Below, piece after piece: positions 30,631 to 40,552 of a DNA stretch of 64,000 nt. The position numbers were made by a program, and so were the translations under genes. Under the pieces are notes generated by a model that worked only from the letters and a program-made list of their open reading frames with translations, ran no database searches and had not been told where the DNA came from. This stretch comes from an uncultured Chloroflexia bacterium (lineage in GTDB: Bacteria > Chloroflexota > Limnocylindria > QHBO01), in assembly GCA_963787025.1 (NCBI GenBank), contig CAWBBG010000027.1, positions 580 to 64,579 on the forward strand, in the 5' to 3' direction. Positions within the stretch are counted from its first letter, which is position 1; each line of letters begins with the position of its first letter.

Positions 30631-33600
30631 TTGGCATCCGAGAGCCGCGACCGGGCGGGCGACCCTCAGGCGCTGATCAGCGTGGCGCAGGCCGCCGCAC
30701 AGCTGGGCGTCCACCCCAACACCATCCGCTCCTGGACCGATGCCGGTCGCCTGCCCGCGTTCCGAATCAACGCCCGCGGTGATCGCCGGTTCCGCCGCGC
30801 CGACGTGGAGATGCTCCTGGCCGAGGGCAGCCAGCAGGCCACGAACCCCATCGTCCCCTCCACCGCACCAACGCGCCGCGACCAGGAGATGGCCGTGCTG
30901 GCGCGGCTCGCCCAGGGCGCCGGGGGTCCGAGCCCGGTGGCCGTCTGCCGGGTGGCCATCGACACGCTGCGAACCCAGCTGGGGTACGAACGGGTCGCGA
31001 TCTACCTCGCCGTGCGCGGCGAGATGTGCCTCGAGACGCATGCCGGCTACCGGTTCGCGCCGCCCGCGACGCTCGACGCGACGACGGTCCAGGCCATCGT
31101 GGACACACCGGCGCACCTTGCGACTGCCGCTCCGGTGGCCCTCCCCGATGTCCGCGTGCCCCTCCGCGCGGGGTCGGAGCTGGTGGGGATCCTGGTGGTG
31201 TCCAGCACCGCTGAAGGCGGCCTCGACGCCGAGGACCTGCCGTTCCTGGAAATCGTCTCGGATGCGCTGGGCACCGCTGTCCAGAACGCGCGCATGCTGG
31301 CACGGGCACGGCGTGAGCTGACCCGTGCCCGCGCCCTGCGCGGCATCGTGCAGGAGGTCATCGGTCAGCTTGACCTGCCGACCGTGCTCGACTCGATCGT
31401 CGATCGCAGCCGCGCCCTCTTCGGAGCGGACAAGGTGGGGCTCTGGCTCGTCCTCGACGAGGACCCACCCTTCCAGCTGGCCGCGTCGCGATCAATCGGC
31501 GATGCGTTCCAGGCACGAGTCCGCTCGCTGACACTGGACAGCCCGGCCGCGGGCGTCCGCGCAATCCTCGAGCGACGAACGCACGTGGTGCAGCACGCCT
31601 CCGCCGACGCGACCGTGGGCACCATGCACGAGATCTATGCCGGCGAGGGGATCGAGACGGCCTGCCTCGTACCGGTCGTCAGCAACGAGCGGACGATGGC
31701 CGTCATCGGCCTCTACCACACCCGGCCGCACGACTGGCCCGCGGACGAGCTCAACCTGGCGCAGGCACTGGCCAACCAGGCGGCGGTCGCGATCAGCAAC
31801 GCCCGGCTGTACCACTCCGTCGCGGACCAGGCGGCCCGCATGCGCTCCATCCAGGATCTCTCTGCGCGCCTGAACCGGCTGACCGACGTGCGCGCCATCG
31901 CCGAAGCGATCGTCGCCCAGGCGAGCACCCTCGCCGAGTACCACGACATCCGCATCTACGAGGTCGACTGGGATTCGCACACCTGCGAGCCCATCGCCTT
32001 CACCCGGCGCCTTCTCGGGGAGGGCGGCGACTTCGTCGAGAAGCTTCGGGTCGAGATCGGTCCAGGGTCCTTCACCGGCACCGTCGCCGAGACGGGCGAG
32101 GCGCTCCTGATCAACGATGCGATGGCCGATCAGCGCGGACTCACCATCGACGGGACCGACGACGTCGAGGAGTCGATGCTCGTGGTCCCCATGCTGTTCG
32201 AGGGCCGCGCGATCGGCGTCCTGGCCCTCAGCAAGCTCGGCACGGACCAGTTCACCAACGACGATCTCCAGACCATGTCGATCTTCGCCGGCTACGCGGC
32301 GCAGGCCATCGCCAACGCGCGGTCCTACGCGCAGCTCGAGCGCCAGTCGGGCGAGCTGGCCCGGCAGCTGCAGTCGCAGCGCCGCCTGCTGGAGATCAAC
32401 GAGCGGCTCCTCCCGACCTTCGACCAGAAGGACGTCCTGGAACTGATCGCCGACGGGCTGCAGAGTGTGGTCCACTACGACAACCTGTCGATCTACCGCG
32501 CCGATCACACCGACCGAGTCCTGCGGCCCATGCTGAGCCGCGAGCGCTATCAGGCGGCCGTGTCGCGCTATCTCATCCCCTTCGGCCGGGGGCTGGCGGG
32601 CTGGGCGGTCGACCACGGCGAGCCGGTGCTTGCCAACGAAGCCCTGACCGATCCACGCGCCGTGCAGATCCCCGACACCCCGGCCGACCCCGAGGCGCTG
32701 TGTGTCGTGCCGCTGCTGAGCGATGGGTTCGTGATCGGCTCCCTGAACATCTCGCGCATCGGCGGCGAGGAGGCGTACTTCTCGGCGTCTGACTTCGACC
32801 TCATCAAGCTCTTCGCCAGCCAGGCCTCGATCGCGCTGCGGAACGCCGCCGCCCACTACGAGGTCAGCCAGCGGGCGGAGACGGACGCCCTGACCGAGCT
32901 GGGCAACCACGGGGCCTTCCAGCGCTACCTGGCCGAGGTCTTCGACAGCGTCGACGCGGAGGCCGGCGAGCCGCCGTTTGGCCTGCTGATGATGGACCTG
33001 GACCAGTTCAAGGACTACAACGACGGGCTCGGCCATCAGGCCGGCGATGCGCTGCTCACCGCCATCGGCAAGGCGATCGTCAAGGCGGCCCGCGGGAACG
33101 ACCGTGTCTACCGCTACGGCGGCGACGAGTTCGCCGTCGTGCTGCAGGACGTGGACCCCGCCACAGCGGCGCTGGCGGGCGATCGCATCCGTCGCGCGGT
33201 GGCGCGGATCACCGCGGGGGAGCCGCACCCGGTCACCATCACGGTGGGCGTGGCCACCTATCCGGGCGACGCCCGGGACAAGAACGCGCTGATCAACGCC
33301 GCCGACACCGCCCTCTACTACGGCAAGCAGGCGGGCGAGAACCGCGTCGTGCGCATTGCCGACGTCCCCCGTGAGATGCGCGCCCTGCGCGGCACCCTGG
33401 ACCAACTGGCCCGGGCGGCCCTCCGGCATCCCGAGGAGGCGGGGTCAATGGAGCAGCTCGTCGAGCAGGCCGCGCGGCTGGGATCCGGGATCGACGACGA
33501 GGCGTCGGCGCTGCGCGACGCGGTCCTGGCCATGGTCCGCGTCCTCGACGCCCAGAGCGCCGCCGGCCGCGGTCACGCCGACCGCGTCGCCCATCTCGCC

Positions 33601-34029
33601 CGCGCGGTGGCGGACCGGCTCGGCTGCCCGCACGACGAGTCGGACACGATAGAGCTGGCCGCGCGGCTGCATGGCCTGGAAGAGATCCCCGCCGAGGCGC
33701 TCGAAGGCGTTCGGTCGCTGCACGGTGTCAGGGAGATCCTCGGCGCCGAGCGCCGCCTGAGCGACGTCTCGCGTCGTCGGGCGCGAGGCCCCGTCTCCCT
33801 GGGTGCGGAGATCGTGGCGGCCGCCAACGCCTACGACGCCCTGGCCGGTGGCCGATCCACGACCCGACGCTCCGCCTCCGCCGCGCTGGCAGCGCTCCCG
33901 GGGAGGGCCCCGGCGGTGCGGCGTGAGGTCCTCGAGGCGGTGGGACGGATCGTCGCGGGGTCGAGCGTGCGGCCCATCACGCGCGGCCGCCGTCGAGTGG
34001 ACCGCGACGCGGAGCGCGGCGCCGCCTGA
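30631..34029 (+). CDS. excisionase-type HTH + 4 GAF + GGDEF diguanylate cyclase + degenerate HD-GYP
   Basis: SVAQAAAQLGVHPNTIRSW..GDRRF; four GAF units ending NAR/RNA; RGND..YRYGGDEF; GHADRV..AARLHG; TTG start after AGGAG. Confidence 0.92.
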   Translation: MASESRDRAGDPQALISVAQAAAQLGVHPNTIRSWTDAGRLPAFRINARGDRRFRRADVEMLLAEGSQQATNPIVPSTAPTRRDQEMAVLARLAQGAGGPSPVAVCRVAIDTLRTQLGYERVAIYLAVRGEMCLETHAGYRFAPPATLDATTVQAIVDTPAHLATAAPVALPDVRVPLRAGSELVGILVVSSTAEGGLDAEDLPFLEIVSDALGTAVQNARMLARARRELTRARALRGIVQEVIGQLDLPTVLDSIVDRSRALFGADKVGLWLVLDEDPPFQLAASRSIGDAFQARVRSLTLDSPAAGVRAILERRTHVVQHASADATVGTMHEIYAGEGIETACLVPVVSNERTMAVIGLYHTRPHDWPADELNLAQALANQAAVAISNARLYHSVADQAARMRSIQDLSARLNRLTDVRAIAEAIVAQASTLAEYHDIRIYEVDWDSHTCEPIAFTRRLLGEGGDFVEKLRVEIGPGSFTGTVAETGEALLINDAMADQRGLTIDGTDDVEESMLVVPMLFEGRAIGVLALSKLGTDQFTNDDLQTMSIFAGYAAQAIANARSYAQLERQSGELARQLQSQRRLLEINERLLPTFDQKDVLELIADGLQSVVHYDNLSIYRADHTDRVLRPMLSRERYQAAVSRYLIPFGRGLAGWAVDHGEPVLANEALTDPRAVQIPDTPADPEALCVVPLLSDGFVIGSLNISRIGGEEAYFSASDFDLIKLFASQASIALRNAAAHYEVSQRAETDALTELGNHGAFQRYLAEVFDSVDAEAGEPPFGLLMMDLDQFKDYNDGLGHQAGDALLTAIGKAIVKAARGNDRVYRYGGDEFAVVLQDVDPATAALAGDRIRRAVARITAGEPHPVTITVGVATYPGDARDKNALINAADTALYYGKQAGENRVVRIADVPREMRALRGTLDQLARAALRHPEEAGSMEQLVEQAARLGSGIDDEASALRDAVLAMVRVLDAQSAAGRGHADRVAHLARAVADRLGCPHDESDTIELAARLHGLEEIPAEALEGVRSLHGVREILGAERRLSDVSRRRARGPVSLGAEIVAAANAYDALAGGRSTTRRSASAALAALPGRAPAVRREVLEAVGRIVAGSSVRPITRGRRRVDRDAERGAA

Positions 34030-34082
34030 CCCGGAGCCCCCCAACGGATTCCCGGGTGGGGACTGCTATCATCGCGACTTCC

Positions 34083-34865
34083 ATGCAGATCCCCGTCCTG
34101 GCTGCCCTGCGCCGGGGTCGACGGCCACTCCGGATCCTGGCGACCATCCTGATCCCGCTGCTCCTGGTCGCCTGCGCCTCCGACGCGACGCCCAGCCGAA
34201 GCGCACCCCTGCCGTCTGCGAGCGGAGACGCGCCCGCGTCGACCCCCACTTCCACCCCGACGCCCACGCCACGGCCGACGCCGGACTACACGAACACGCC
34301 GGACCCGACGCTCTCCGCGCTCATACCCGACACGCTCGGCAGCGCGCCGGTCTACAAGCCCGACCCAACCAGCTACGGCGTCTCCCCCGGCGATGTCGCC
34401 CAGCCCTTCGGCGAGGTCGGCCTGCGCTTCCGCTCGCTGGTCATCGCCTACGTCGTCAGCCCGCGCCTGTCGCTGTACGCCATGCGCGTGGATGGACCCC
34501 CGGTCGATACCGGCGACCTGCGGCCCTACCTCGCCGCGGCGGGACGCTATATCGGCGTCAGCGGCCTTCAGCCCGACGCCTGGAAGGCGGCGGTCGTCAA
34601 CGGCAACCGGGTCTGGACCCGGGGCGAGGACGAGGCGACCCTGCCAAAGACCACCTTCTACTGCTGGAGCGCGGGCCAGTACGTGTTCCTCATGACCGGG
34701 TCGAGCGACGCCACCAACCGCGCGATGGTTTCCGCGCTGCCCGGTCAGCCGGCTCCCACCCCGGTCCCCACGCCGTCGTCGATCGGGAGCGGCTCCCCCG
34801 CGCCTGTCGGTTCGCCGGCCGGGTCCAGCCAGGAGGCCAGTGCCAGCCCGACGTCCGCGGGCTGA
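34083..34865 (+). CDS. hypothetical lipoprotein with Pro/Thr-rich linkers
   Basis: Lipobox LLVAC; PTSTPTPTPRPTP. Confidence 0.8.
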   Translation: MQIPVLAALRRGRRPLRILATILIPLLLVACASDATPSRSAPLPSASGDAPASTPTSTPTPTPRPTPDYTNTPDPTLSALIPDTLGSAPVYKPDPTSYGVSPGDVAQPFGEVGLRFRSLVIAYVVSPRLSLYAMRVDGPPVDTGDLRPYLAAAGRYIGVSGLQPDAWKAAVVNGNRVWTRGEDEATLPKTTFYCWSAGQYVFLMTGSSDATNRAMVSALPGQPAPTPVPTPSSIGSGSPAPVGSPAGSSQEASASPTSAG

Positions 34866-34920
34866 GTCGGGACGGCTCCCCGGTCGGCGGCTCGGTGAAC
34901 GAGCGCGTACCATCGCCCGC

Positions 34921-35959
34921 ATGACGGGCATCGAGCGTTCCGAGGCGGACCGGGGCTTCGACGCCGACTCGGACGACCGCATCGGGCGCAAGCGCGACCG
35001 TCTCGCGCGTCTGCTGCGGGTGGCCTCCATCCTGTACAGCGCGGGGAGCGGAGAGCAGGGCGTGCCGGTGACGGAGATCGCACGCCTGACCGGCATGACG
35101 ACGCGGACCGTCTACCGCGACATCAACGCACTCGACTCGGAGCTTGGCGTCCCCATCTTCCAGGCGGGTCGCGGACGGTACGGGATCGAGCGCAAGTACT
35201 TCCTGCCGCCCCTCCGCCTCTCGGTACCGGAGGCGATCGTCCTCTTCCTTGCCGCGCGCCTCATCGCCCGCTGGAGCGACGAGTACGACCAGGCCGTGGT
35301 GAGCGCCTTCACCAAGCTCGCCGATCTGCTTCCCCAGCCGATCGCCCGCCACGTCGCGGCCACCATGCTGGCGGTGGGCTCCCACTCGCCCAACGAGCCG
35401 TTCACCCGGACCTTCTCGACGGTGGCGCGCGCCTGGGCCGAAGGCCGGGTCGTGGAGATCGACTACGAGCCCGGCGAGGGCACCCGCCGGGTCACGCGCG
35501 TCCGGCCTTACTTCCTGGAGCCCGATGCGGCCCTCCGCAGCGTCTACCTCATCGGCTTCGACGACGGGGCCGATGCGATGCGCACCTTCAAGGTCGAGCG
35601 CATCCGCTCCGCCACGCTGCTGGCCGACCGCTACGAGATTCCCCGCTGACTTCGACCCGGATCGATGGCTGGCGAACTCCTGGGGCATCTGGTCGTCCGA
35701 CACGACGCCCACCGCGGCAGGTGCGCCTGCGGTTCGACTCCGGCGTGGCACATCGCGTGCGCGAGGCGATCTGGCACCGATCGCAGCGGATCACGGAGCT
35801 GGCGGACGGGGGCGTGGAGCTGAGCGTGACGGTGGCCGGCATCGTGGAGATACGACCGTGGATCCTCTCGTGGGGAGACGGCGTGGAGGTCCTTGCGCCG
35901 ACGGAGCTGCGCGATTCGGTGGCCGCGGCGGTTCGGGCTGCCGCGGCGCGCTACGGTGA
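34921..35959 (+). CDS. HTH-WYL-WCX transcriptional regulator (PafB/PafC/DriD-like; two frameshifts near 35642 and 35718)
   Basis: TTRTVYRDINAL HTH; RVRPYFL..VYLIG..RTFKVERI; then FDPDRWLANSWGIW and WHRSQ..WILSWGDGVEVLAPTELR. Confidence 0.9.
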
Positions 35960-36648
35960 GCACCACCCTCGTGGCTGACGCCGACGAGGTCGAGCTCAAG
36001 TACATCGCGGCCGACGCGCGGCCGCTCGAGGCACTGGCCCTGCTCTCGGACCTCGGTCCAGCACGGCTCGGCGCCGTGTCCGTCAACGACGAGATCGACC
36101 GCTATCTCGACACGGCCGACGGCCGCCTGGCCCGCGGCCGCTGGGCCTGCCGGCTCCGGACGCGAGGCGGCCGGACGATCGTCTCGCTCAAGGGCCCCGC
36201 GCGCGCTACCACCGGGGCCGATGCCGCGCTGCACCGCCGCCCCGAGCGGGAGGGGCCGGCTGAGGAGCGCCTCGAACCGGCGGCGTGGCCGCCGTCCCCC
36301 GCCCGAGACCTGCTCCTCGGGCTGGCCGAGGGAGGGTCGCTGGTTGAGCGACTCGTGCTGCACCAGCAGCGAGCCGAGCGTTCCGTCCTCGTCGCCGGCA
36401 AGCGGGTGGGCACCCTGAGCCTGGACCGGGTCGAGGTCCTCAAGGACCGGGAGCCGCTGGGCCGGCTCTTCGTCGTGGAGCTCGAGCTGGCCGTTCCCTC
36501 GGCGGCTGACGCTGCGCTCGTCGACGAGCTCTCGGCGGCGCTCGTGGCGGTCGACGGCCTCTCCCCGGACCCGTCCAGCAAGCTGGAGCATGCCCTGCAC
36601 CTGGTCGATGGCGCGGCGGCCGGAGCCCCGCGCACGCCCCGGCGGTGA
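35956..36648 (+). CDS. CYTH (triphosphate tunnel metalloenzyme) domain protein
   Basis: EVELKY, YLDT, RLR, SLKGP, RPERE, LSLDRV, ELEL, SKL; GTGA overlap with the WYL stop. Confidence 0.9.
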   Translation: MSTTLVADADEVELKYIAADARPLEALALLSDLGPARLGAVSVNDEIDRYLDTADGRLARGRWACRLRTRGGRTIVSLKGPARATTGADAALHRRPEREGPAEERLEPAAWPPSPARDLLLGLAEGGSLVERLVLHQQRAERSVLVAGKRVGTLSLDRVEVLKDREPLGRLFVVELELAVPSAADAALVDELSAALVAVDGLSPDPSSKLEHALHLVDGAAAGAPRTPRR

Positions 36649-38882
36649 TCCGCAATGGATCTCCCCGGCTCTCGGCCGGCGAGGTCGTGGCGCTCGTCGC
36701 CGGGCTGGTCGTCTTCGGCTATCTCGCCTGGGACGAGGCACTCTGGGATCCTCGCCTGGAGACGCCACTGCACCTCATCGCGGCGGGCGCGCTGGTAGGG
36801 CTTGCCTACCTTGCCCTCCGCCGCCGTCCCCTGCCGCGCACGAGCCTCGAGATCCCCATCCTCGTCCTCCTGGTCGCGATCGGGGTGGCGACCATCGCCA
36901 GCCAGAATCCGGGGCTCTCCGCGCGATCGCTCGCCATCAGCCTCACCTGGGCGCTCCTGCTCGGGGTGGCCCTGGTCGTGGTGCATCGGCGCCCGACCCT
37001 GACCGCGGTGACGGTCATCGTCCCGATCACCATCCTTGCCCTGTTGACGTTGGCCGAAATGATCGGCCGGCGCATCGGATGGGCCACGGCCGGTGCACCG
37101 GGGCTGCCTCCCATCCGGCTCATCGGCGAGTCGACCCCGTTCGGCTCGGTCGCGGTCGCCCCCTTCGTCCTGTCCGCGTGCTTCGCGCTCACCCTGCTGG
37201 TGCCGCGGCGCAGGATGCGGCTGACGCTCCAGGCGGCGGTGCTGGCGGTCGGTCTGCCGCTGACACTGCTCTCCGGTTCGCGCTCCGCCTGGCTCGCTCT
37301 CGCCGTCGCCGGAGTGGCAATGCTCGCTCCCGCCCTGCGCCGCCTTCGCTTCCGGATCCGCCCGCCCATCTCGCCCGGCGCCATCGCGGGCTGGATTGTC
37401 GCCGCCGTCGCCGCCGTGGCCGTGGCCGTCTACGCGGAGCCGCGGCTCACCGCGGTCAGCTCGCTCCTCTACCGTGAGCACCTGTGGCGCGACACCCTCC
37501 GCGCCTGGTCGGCAGCTCCCGTGCTGGGCATCGGACCAGGGGTGATGCCGTACGCCCGCCAGGCGGCGGCGCCGGCGGGCAGCTTCCCCGTGCACCAGCC
37601 GCACTCGCACAACCTTGCCCTGGGCGTCCTGGGCGACGCGGGGCTCGTGGGCCTGGTTGCCGCACTGGGCCTGGTCGCGGCCTTCATCTGGGTCGCCGGA
37701 CCGCATCGGTCACGCTCGCTCCGCGGGCGCGCGGCCTCGTCGCTGCTCATCGGGTTCGCGGTCGCCGGCCTGTTCGAGGATCTCACGTTCGTGCCGGGCT
37801 TCGACCTCCTGGTCCTCCTCCTGGCGGCCGTGGCACTCCACGATGCCGGAGCGATCCGCTGGGCACCCCTGCGCGGGGCCGCCGGCCCTGCGCCGATCCG
37901 GCGCGGAAGCCGCACCCTCACCGCGTTCACCGTCGCCGCGCTGGGGCTGGGCGCCATCGCCCTCGTCGTCCCCACCGTCCTCGTCGACACGGCCGGGATC
38001 GTCTATCGCGTGGCATCCGACCACGCCTGGGCGGGCGAATGGTCGAGCGCCGAGGCGGGCTACGAACTCGCGGTGCGCCTCGATCCCTGGCATCCGGCCG
38101 GCCCCAAGTCGCTGGCGGTCGCCGCAGACTACGCCGGAGACCCCTCCCTGGCCCTCGGCGCTGCGCGCCGGGCATCGCAGCTGAATCCGGGCGACGCCGC
38201 GACCTGGGCGAACCTCGCGATCCTGTGCCAGGCCGCCGGTGACCGCGGCTGCGCGCTGACCGCGGCCGGACGGGCAGTCGCCTATGCGGCGGTCGGGGGT
38301 CGCGAGGTGATCAATGCCGCCATCGTCTACGAGAAGCTGGGCGAGCACGCGCTGGCCGATGCCGCCTACCGCCGCTCCATGCTGACCACGGTCGACACGA
38401 CGCTCACCCTGTCGTGGCCGCGCCGCGTCGATCCCGGCACGACCATCCCGGCCGAGGTCAACCAGACCACGGGAGCGCTGGACCTGCTCGTGGCGCGTCG
38501 CATGAACGGCGAGGCGATCTCTCCGGAGCGCTACACGGTGCCTGCCATCCGCGCCCTGGCCTACGCGATCCTGGGCGACCGACGCGCGGCATCGGATGCG
38601 CTGGCCGCCGCCGAGCGCATGGACCCGGCGGACGTCATGACCTGGGACATCGCGGTCCTGCTGCAGCGGCACTGGGGCGAGGACGCGACCCGAGCCGCGC
38701 AGACCGGGGCTGCGCTGCGGGGCGGCCCGCTCGCGACCGGACCATCGGCGCCGCGCAGGATGGTCTGGGACATCGCCTCGTTCCGGCCCTATCCCGGCGA
38801 CGGCCTGATCAGCAACGCCGAGCGGCTCCTGCCGAAGACGCCCTGGCCCGCGATCCTCGAACCCCTGCTCCCGACCCCCTGA
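36645..38882 (+). CDS. O-antigen ligase (Wzy_C)-like membrane protein with C-terminal TPR-like repeats
   Basis: Many TM helices; SGSRSAWLA, R..LW..PVLGIGPG, HSHN..GLVGL; helical repeats such as AVRLDP and ASQLNP. Confidence 0.87.
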   Translation: MIRNGSPRLSAGEVVALVAGLVVFGYLAWDEALWDPRLETPLHLIAAGALVGLAYLALRRRPLPRTSLEIPILVLLVAIGVATIASQNPGLSARSLAISLTWALLLGVALVVVHRRPTLTAVTVIVPITILALLTLAEMIGRRIGWATAGAPGLPPIRLIGESTPFGSVAVAPFVLSACFALTLLVPRRRMRLTLQAAVLAVGLPLTLLSGSRSAWLALAVAGVAMLAPALRRLRFRIRPPISPGAIAGWIVAAVAAVAVAVYAEPRLTAVSSLLYREHLWRDTLRAWSAAPVLGIGPGVMPYARQAAAPAGSFPVHQPHSHNLALGVLGDAGLVGLVAALGLVAAFIWVAGPHRSRSLRGRAASSLLIGFAVAGLFEDLTFVPGFDLLVLLLAAVALHDAGAIRWAPLRGAAGPAPIRRGSRTLTAFTVAALGLGAIALVVPTVLVDTAGIVYRVASDHAWAGEWSSAEAGYELAVRLDPWHPAGPKSLAVAADYAGDPSLALGAARRASQLNPGDAATWANLAILCQAAGDRGCALTAAGRAVAYAAVGGREVINAAIVYEKLGEHALADAAYRRSMLTTVDTTLTLSWPRRVDPGTTIPAEVNQTTGALDLLVARRMNGEAISPERYTVPAIRALAYAILGDRRAASDALAAAERMDPADVMTWDIAVLLQRHWGEDATRAAQTGAALRGGPLATGPSAPRRMVWDIASFRPYPGDGLISNAERLLPKTPWPAILEPLLPTP

Positions 38883-38890
38883 CCGACGGT

Positions 38891-38926
38891 CCGCGCACGG
38901 GTCAGCCGCGCACGGGTCAGCCGCGC
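38891..38926. repeat. 15-bp tandem repeat (about 2.4 copies)
   Basis: ccgcgcacgggtcag ccgcgcacgggtcag ccgcgc, between convergent genes and overlapping the pseudo-ligase stop. Confidence 0.8.
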
Positions 38927-39618
38927 TCGAGCGGCAGCCGCAGCAGCAGGGCCAGCGTCGGACGGGGACGCGGCTCGGGTGGGACGACGGGAACCCGCAG
39001 CCAGGCGTCGCCGCCGGGACCGCCGCGGTAGCGTGCGTCGAGGCGGCGCGCCGACAGCCCCTCGATGCCCAGCAGCGCGAGCGCCTCGGCGACCAGCGTC
39101 CCCTCCCCGGGGTAGCCGTGCCCAACGATGGCGCGGTCACCGGGGGGCAGCACCTCGTTCAGGCGCGCCCGCCGCGTGGAGAACGGCCGGCTCAGCAGGG
39201 AGGCACCGCCGCTCCACAGCAGGTCGGACGCAACGTAGGCGGGACGCCCCGGGGAACGGCGCACCCGCGACCCGCGACCGAGCCGCTGCCGGAGCAGCCC
39301 ACCGTCCGGCCGTCCCGCCTCGTCGAGCACGAGGAGGGTCCCGTCGAGCACGACGCCGTCCGCGGTCAGCTGGCGAGAGAGGTCGCCCAGCTCCGGGAAC
39401 GACGCGAGCGCATCAGAGAGCCCGGCCACCTGGAGACGCAGCCGGCCGCCCTCGACGAACGTCACGCATCGCACGCCCGGCCACCAGGGCTCAAACCAGA
39501 ACGCCGGGTCGTCGAAGGGCGCGTCCACGGTCGTCGCCTGCATCGGCCGCAGGCGCTCGGGTAGCTGCGCGGTCGTTCGGTTCGTCTCGAGTGGGAGGCT
39601 GAGCTGGTCGTTGGTCAC
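38917..39618 (-). CDS. apparently inactive ATP-dependent DNA ligase adenylation domain (LigD/LigC-like) with putative beta-clamp motif
   Basis: RPMQA..PFDDP.FWFEPWWPG, FPEL, VVLDGTL, YVASDLL, RRARL, GIEGLSARR..Y..G..WLRV; no Lys in the protein; N-terminal QLSLPL. Confidence 0.85.
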   Translation of the reverse strand: MTNDQLSLPLETNRTTAQLPERLRPMQATTVDAPFDDPAFWFEPWWPGVRCVTFVEGGRLRLQVAGLSDALASFPELGDLSRQLTADGVVLDGTLLVLDEAGRPDGGLLRQRLGRGSRVRRSPGRPAYVASDLLWSGGASLLSRPFSTRRARLNEVLPPGDRAIVGHGYPGEGTLVAEALALLGIEGLSARRLDARYRGGPGGDAWLRVPVVPPEPRPRPTLALLLRLPLERG

Positions 39619-39628
39619 GCCCGAAAGG

Positions 39629-40552
39629 CTACGCGGTCTTGCGCCGGCGGACCGGCCGCTTCTCCTCCGCCGTGGTTGCCTTCCGAGCCGATGCGGGCCT
39701 CGCGCGACCGCGCGACGTCGCGGACTTCGGCGTTCGCTTCGTGCCCTTCTCGGCCGGCGACGCGCGCCGCCCCTCGCGCGCCTTCGCCACCGATGCCTCC
39801 AGGGCGGCCATCAGGTCTGCGATATGCGTCGGCTCCGCATGCGCCGCGGGTTGTGGCGCCTCGCCGGCGACCTTGGCCTCGATCACCCCCATCAGCGCCT
39901 CGCGGTACTCGTCGCGGTACTCCGTCGCGTCGAACGCGCCGGTCATGCTCGCCACGAGCTGCTCGGCCATGGTGCGCTCGCCCGGCTTGATCTCGACCTG
40001 GTCCTCCGGCAGGGTCAGCTCGTCCAGCGCGCGGACCTCGTCGGGCCAGTGCAGGGTGGTGAGCAGCATGGTGCTCGCGTGCGGGCTGAGCGCGGCGAGC
40101 TGCTCGCGGTCCTTGAGGACGATCTTGCAGATGGCGGTCTTGCCGGCATCGGCCAGGACAGCCTTGAGCAGGTAGAAGGCCTTGCGGCCGATCTCGTCCG
40201 GCTCCAGGTAGTACTCCTGCTTCACGAAGCGGGCGGAGGAGTCATCGGCCTCGCGGGCATCGACGAACTTCTCGATCTCGATGGCGCGGACCGTCTTGAG
40301 CGGGACCGACGCGAGGTCCTCCTCGGTCACGACGACGTACTTGCCCTTGCTCCACTCGTAGCCGCGAACCGTCTCCGAGCGCGGGATCACCTCGTCGTGG
40401 TGCGGGCAGTAGATCTTCATCTGGATCCGGTTCAGGCAGCTGGCGTGGAGCAGGTTGAAGCCGATGCTGGTGCTCTCGGTGGCCAGGTACAGCTTGACCG
40501 GGATGGTGACCAGTCCGAACTGGATCGCCCCCCGCCACATCGATCGTGCCAT
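39629..40552 (-). CDS. ku: NHEJ DNA end-binding protein Ku
   Basis: MARSMWRGAIQFGLVTIPVKLY, RGYE, YYLEPD, YRDEYRE, DLMAALEASV, basic tail. Confidence 0.96.
   Translation of the reverse strand: MARSMWRGAIQFGLVTIPVKLYLATESTSIGFNLLHASCLNRIQMKIYCPHHDEVIPRSETVRGYEWSKGKYVVVTEEDLASVPLKTVRAIEIEKFVDAREADDSSARFVKQEYYLEPDEIGRKAFYLLKAVLADAGKTAICKIVLKDREQLAALSPHASTMLLTTLHWPDEVRALDELTLPEDQVEIKPGERTMAEQLVASMTGAFDATEYRDEYREALMGVIEAKVAGEAPQPAAHAEPTHIADLMAALEASVAKAREGRRASPAEKGTKRTPKSATSRGRARPASARKATTAEEKRPVRRRKTA

Noticed and set aside
260-35959. Frameshifts in transketolase, cytochrome c, Rieske, PBP, hydrolase and WYL genes as pseudogenes or programmed frameshifts
   Set aside because: They are small indels in GC-rich or homopolymer contexts across unrelated genes whose motifs are intact on both sides, which best fits long-read assembly error; the reads are needed to confirm.
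38891-38926. 15-bp tandem repeat as a functional site
   Set aside because: It is most simply a local slippage duplication around the stop codon.
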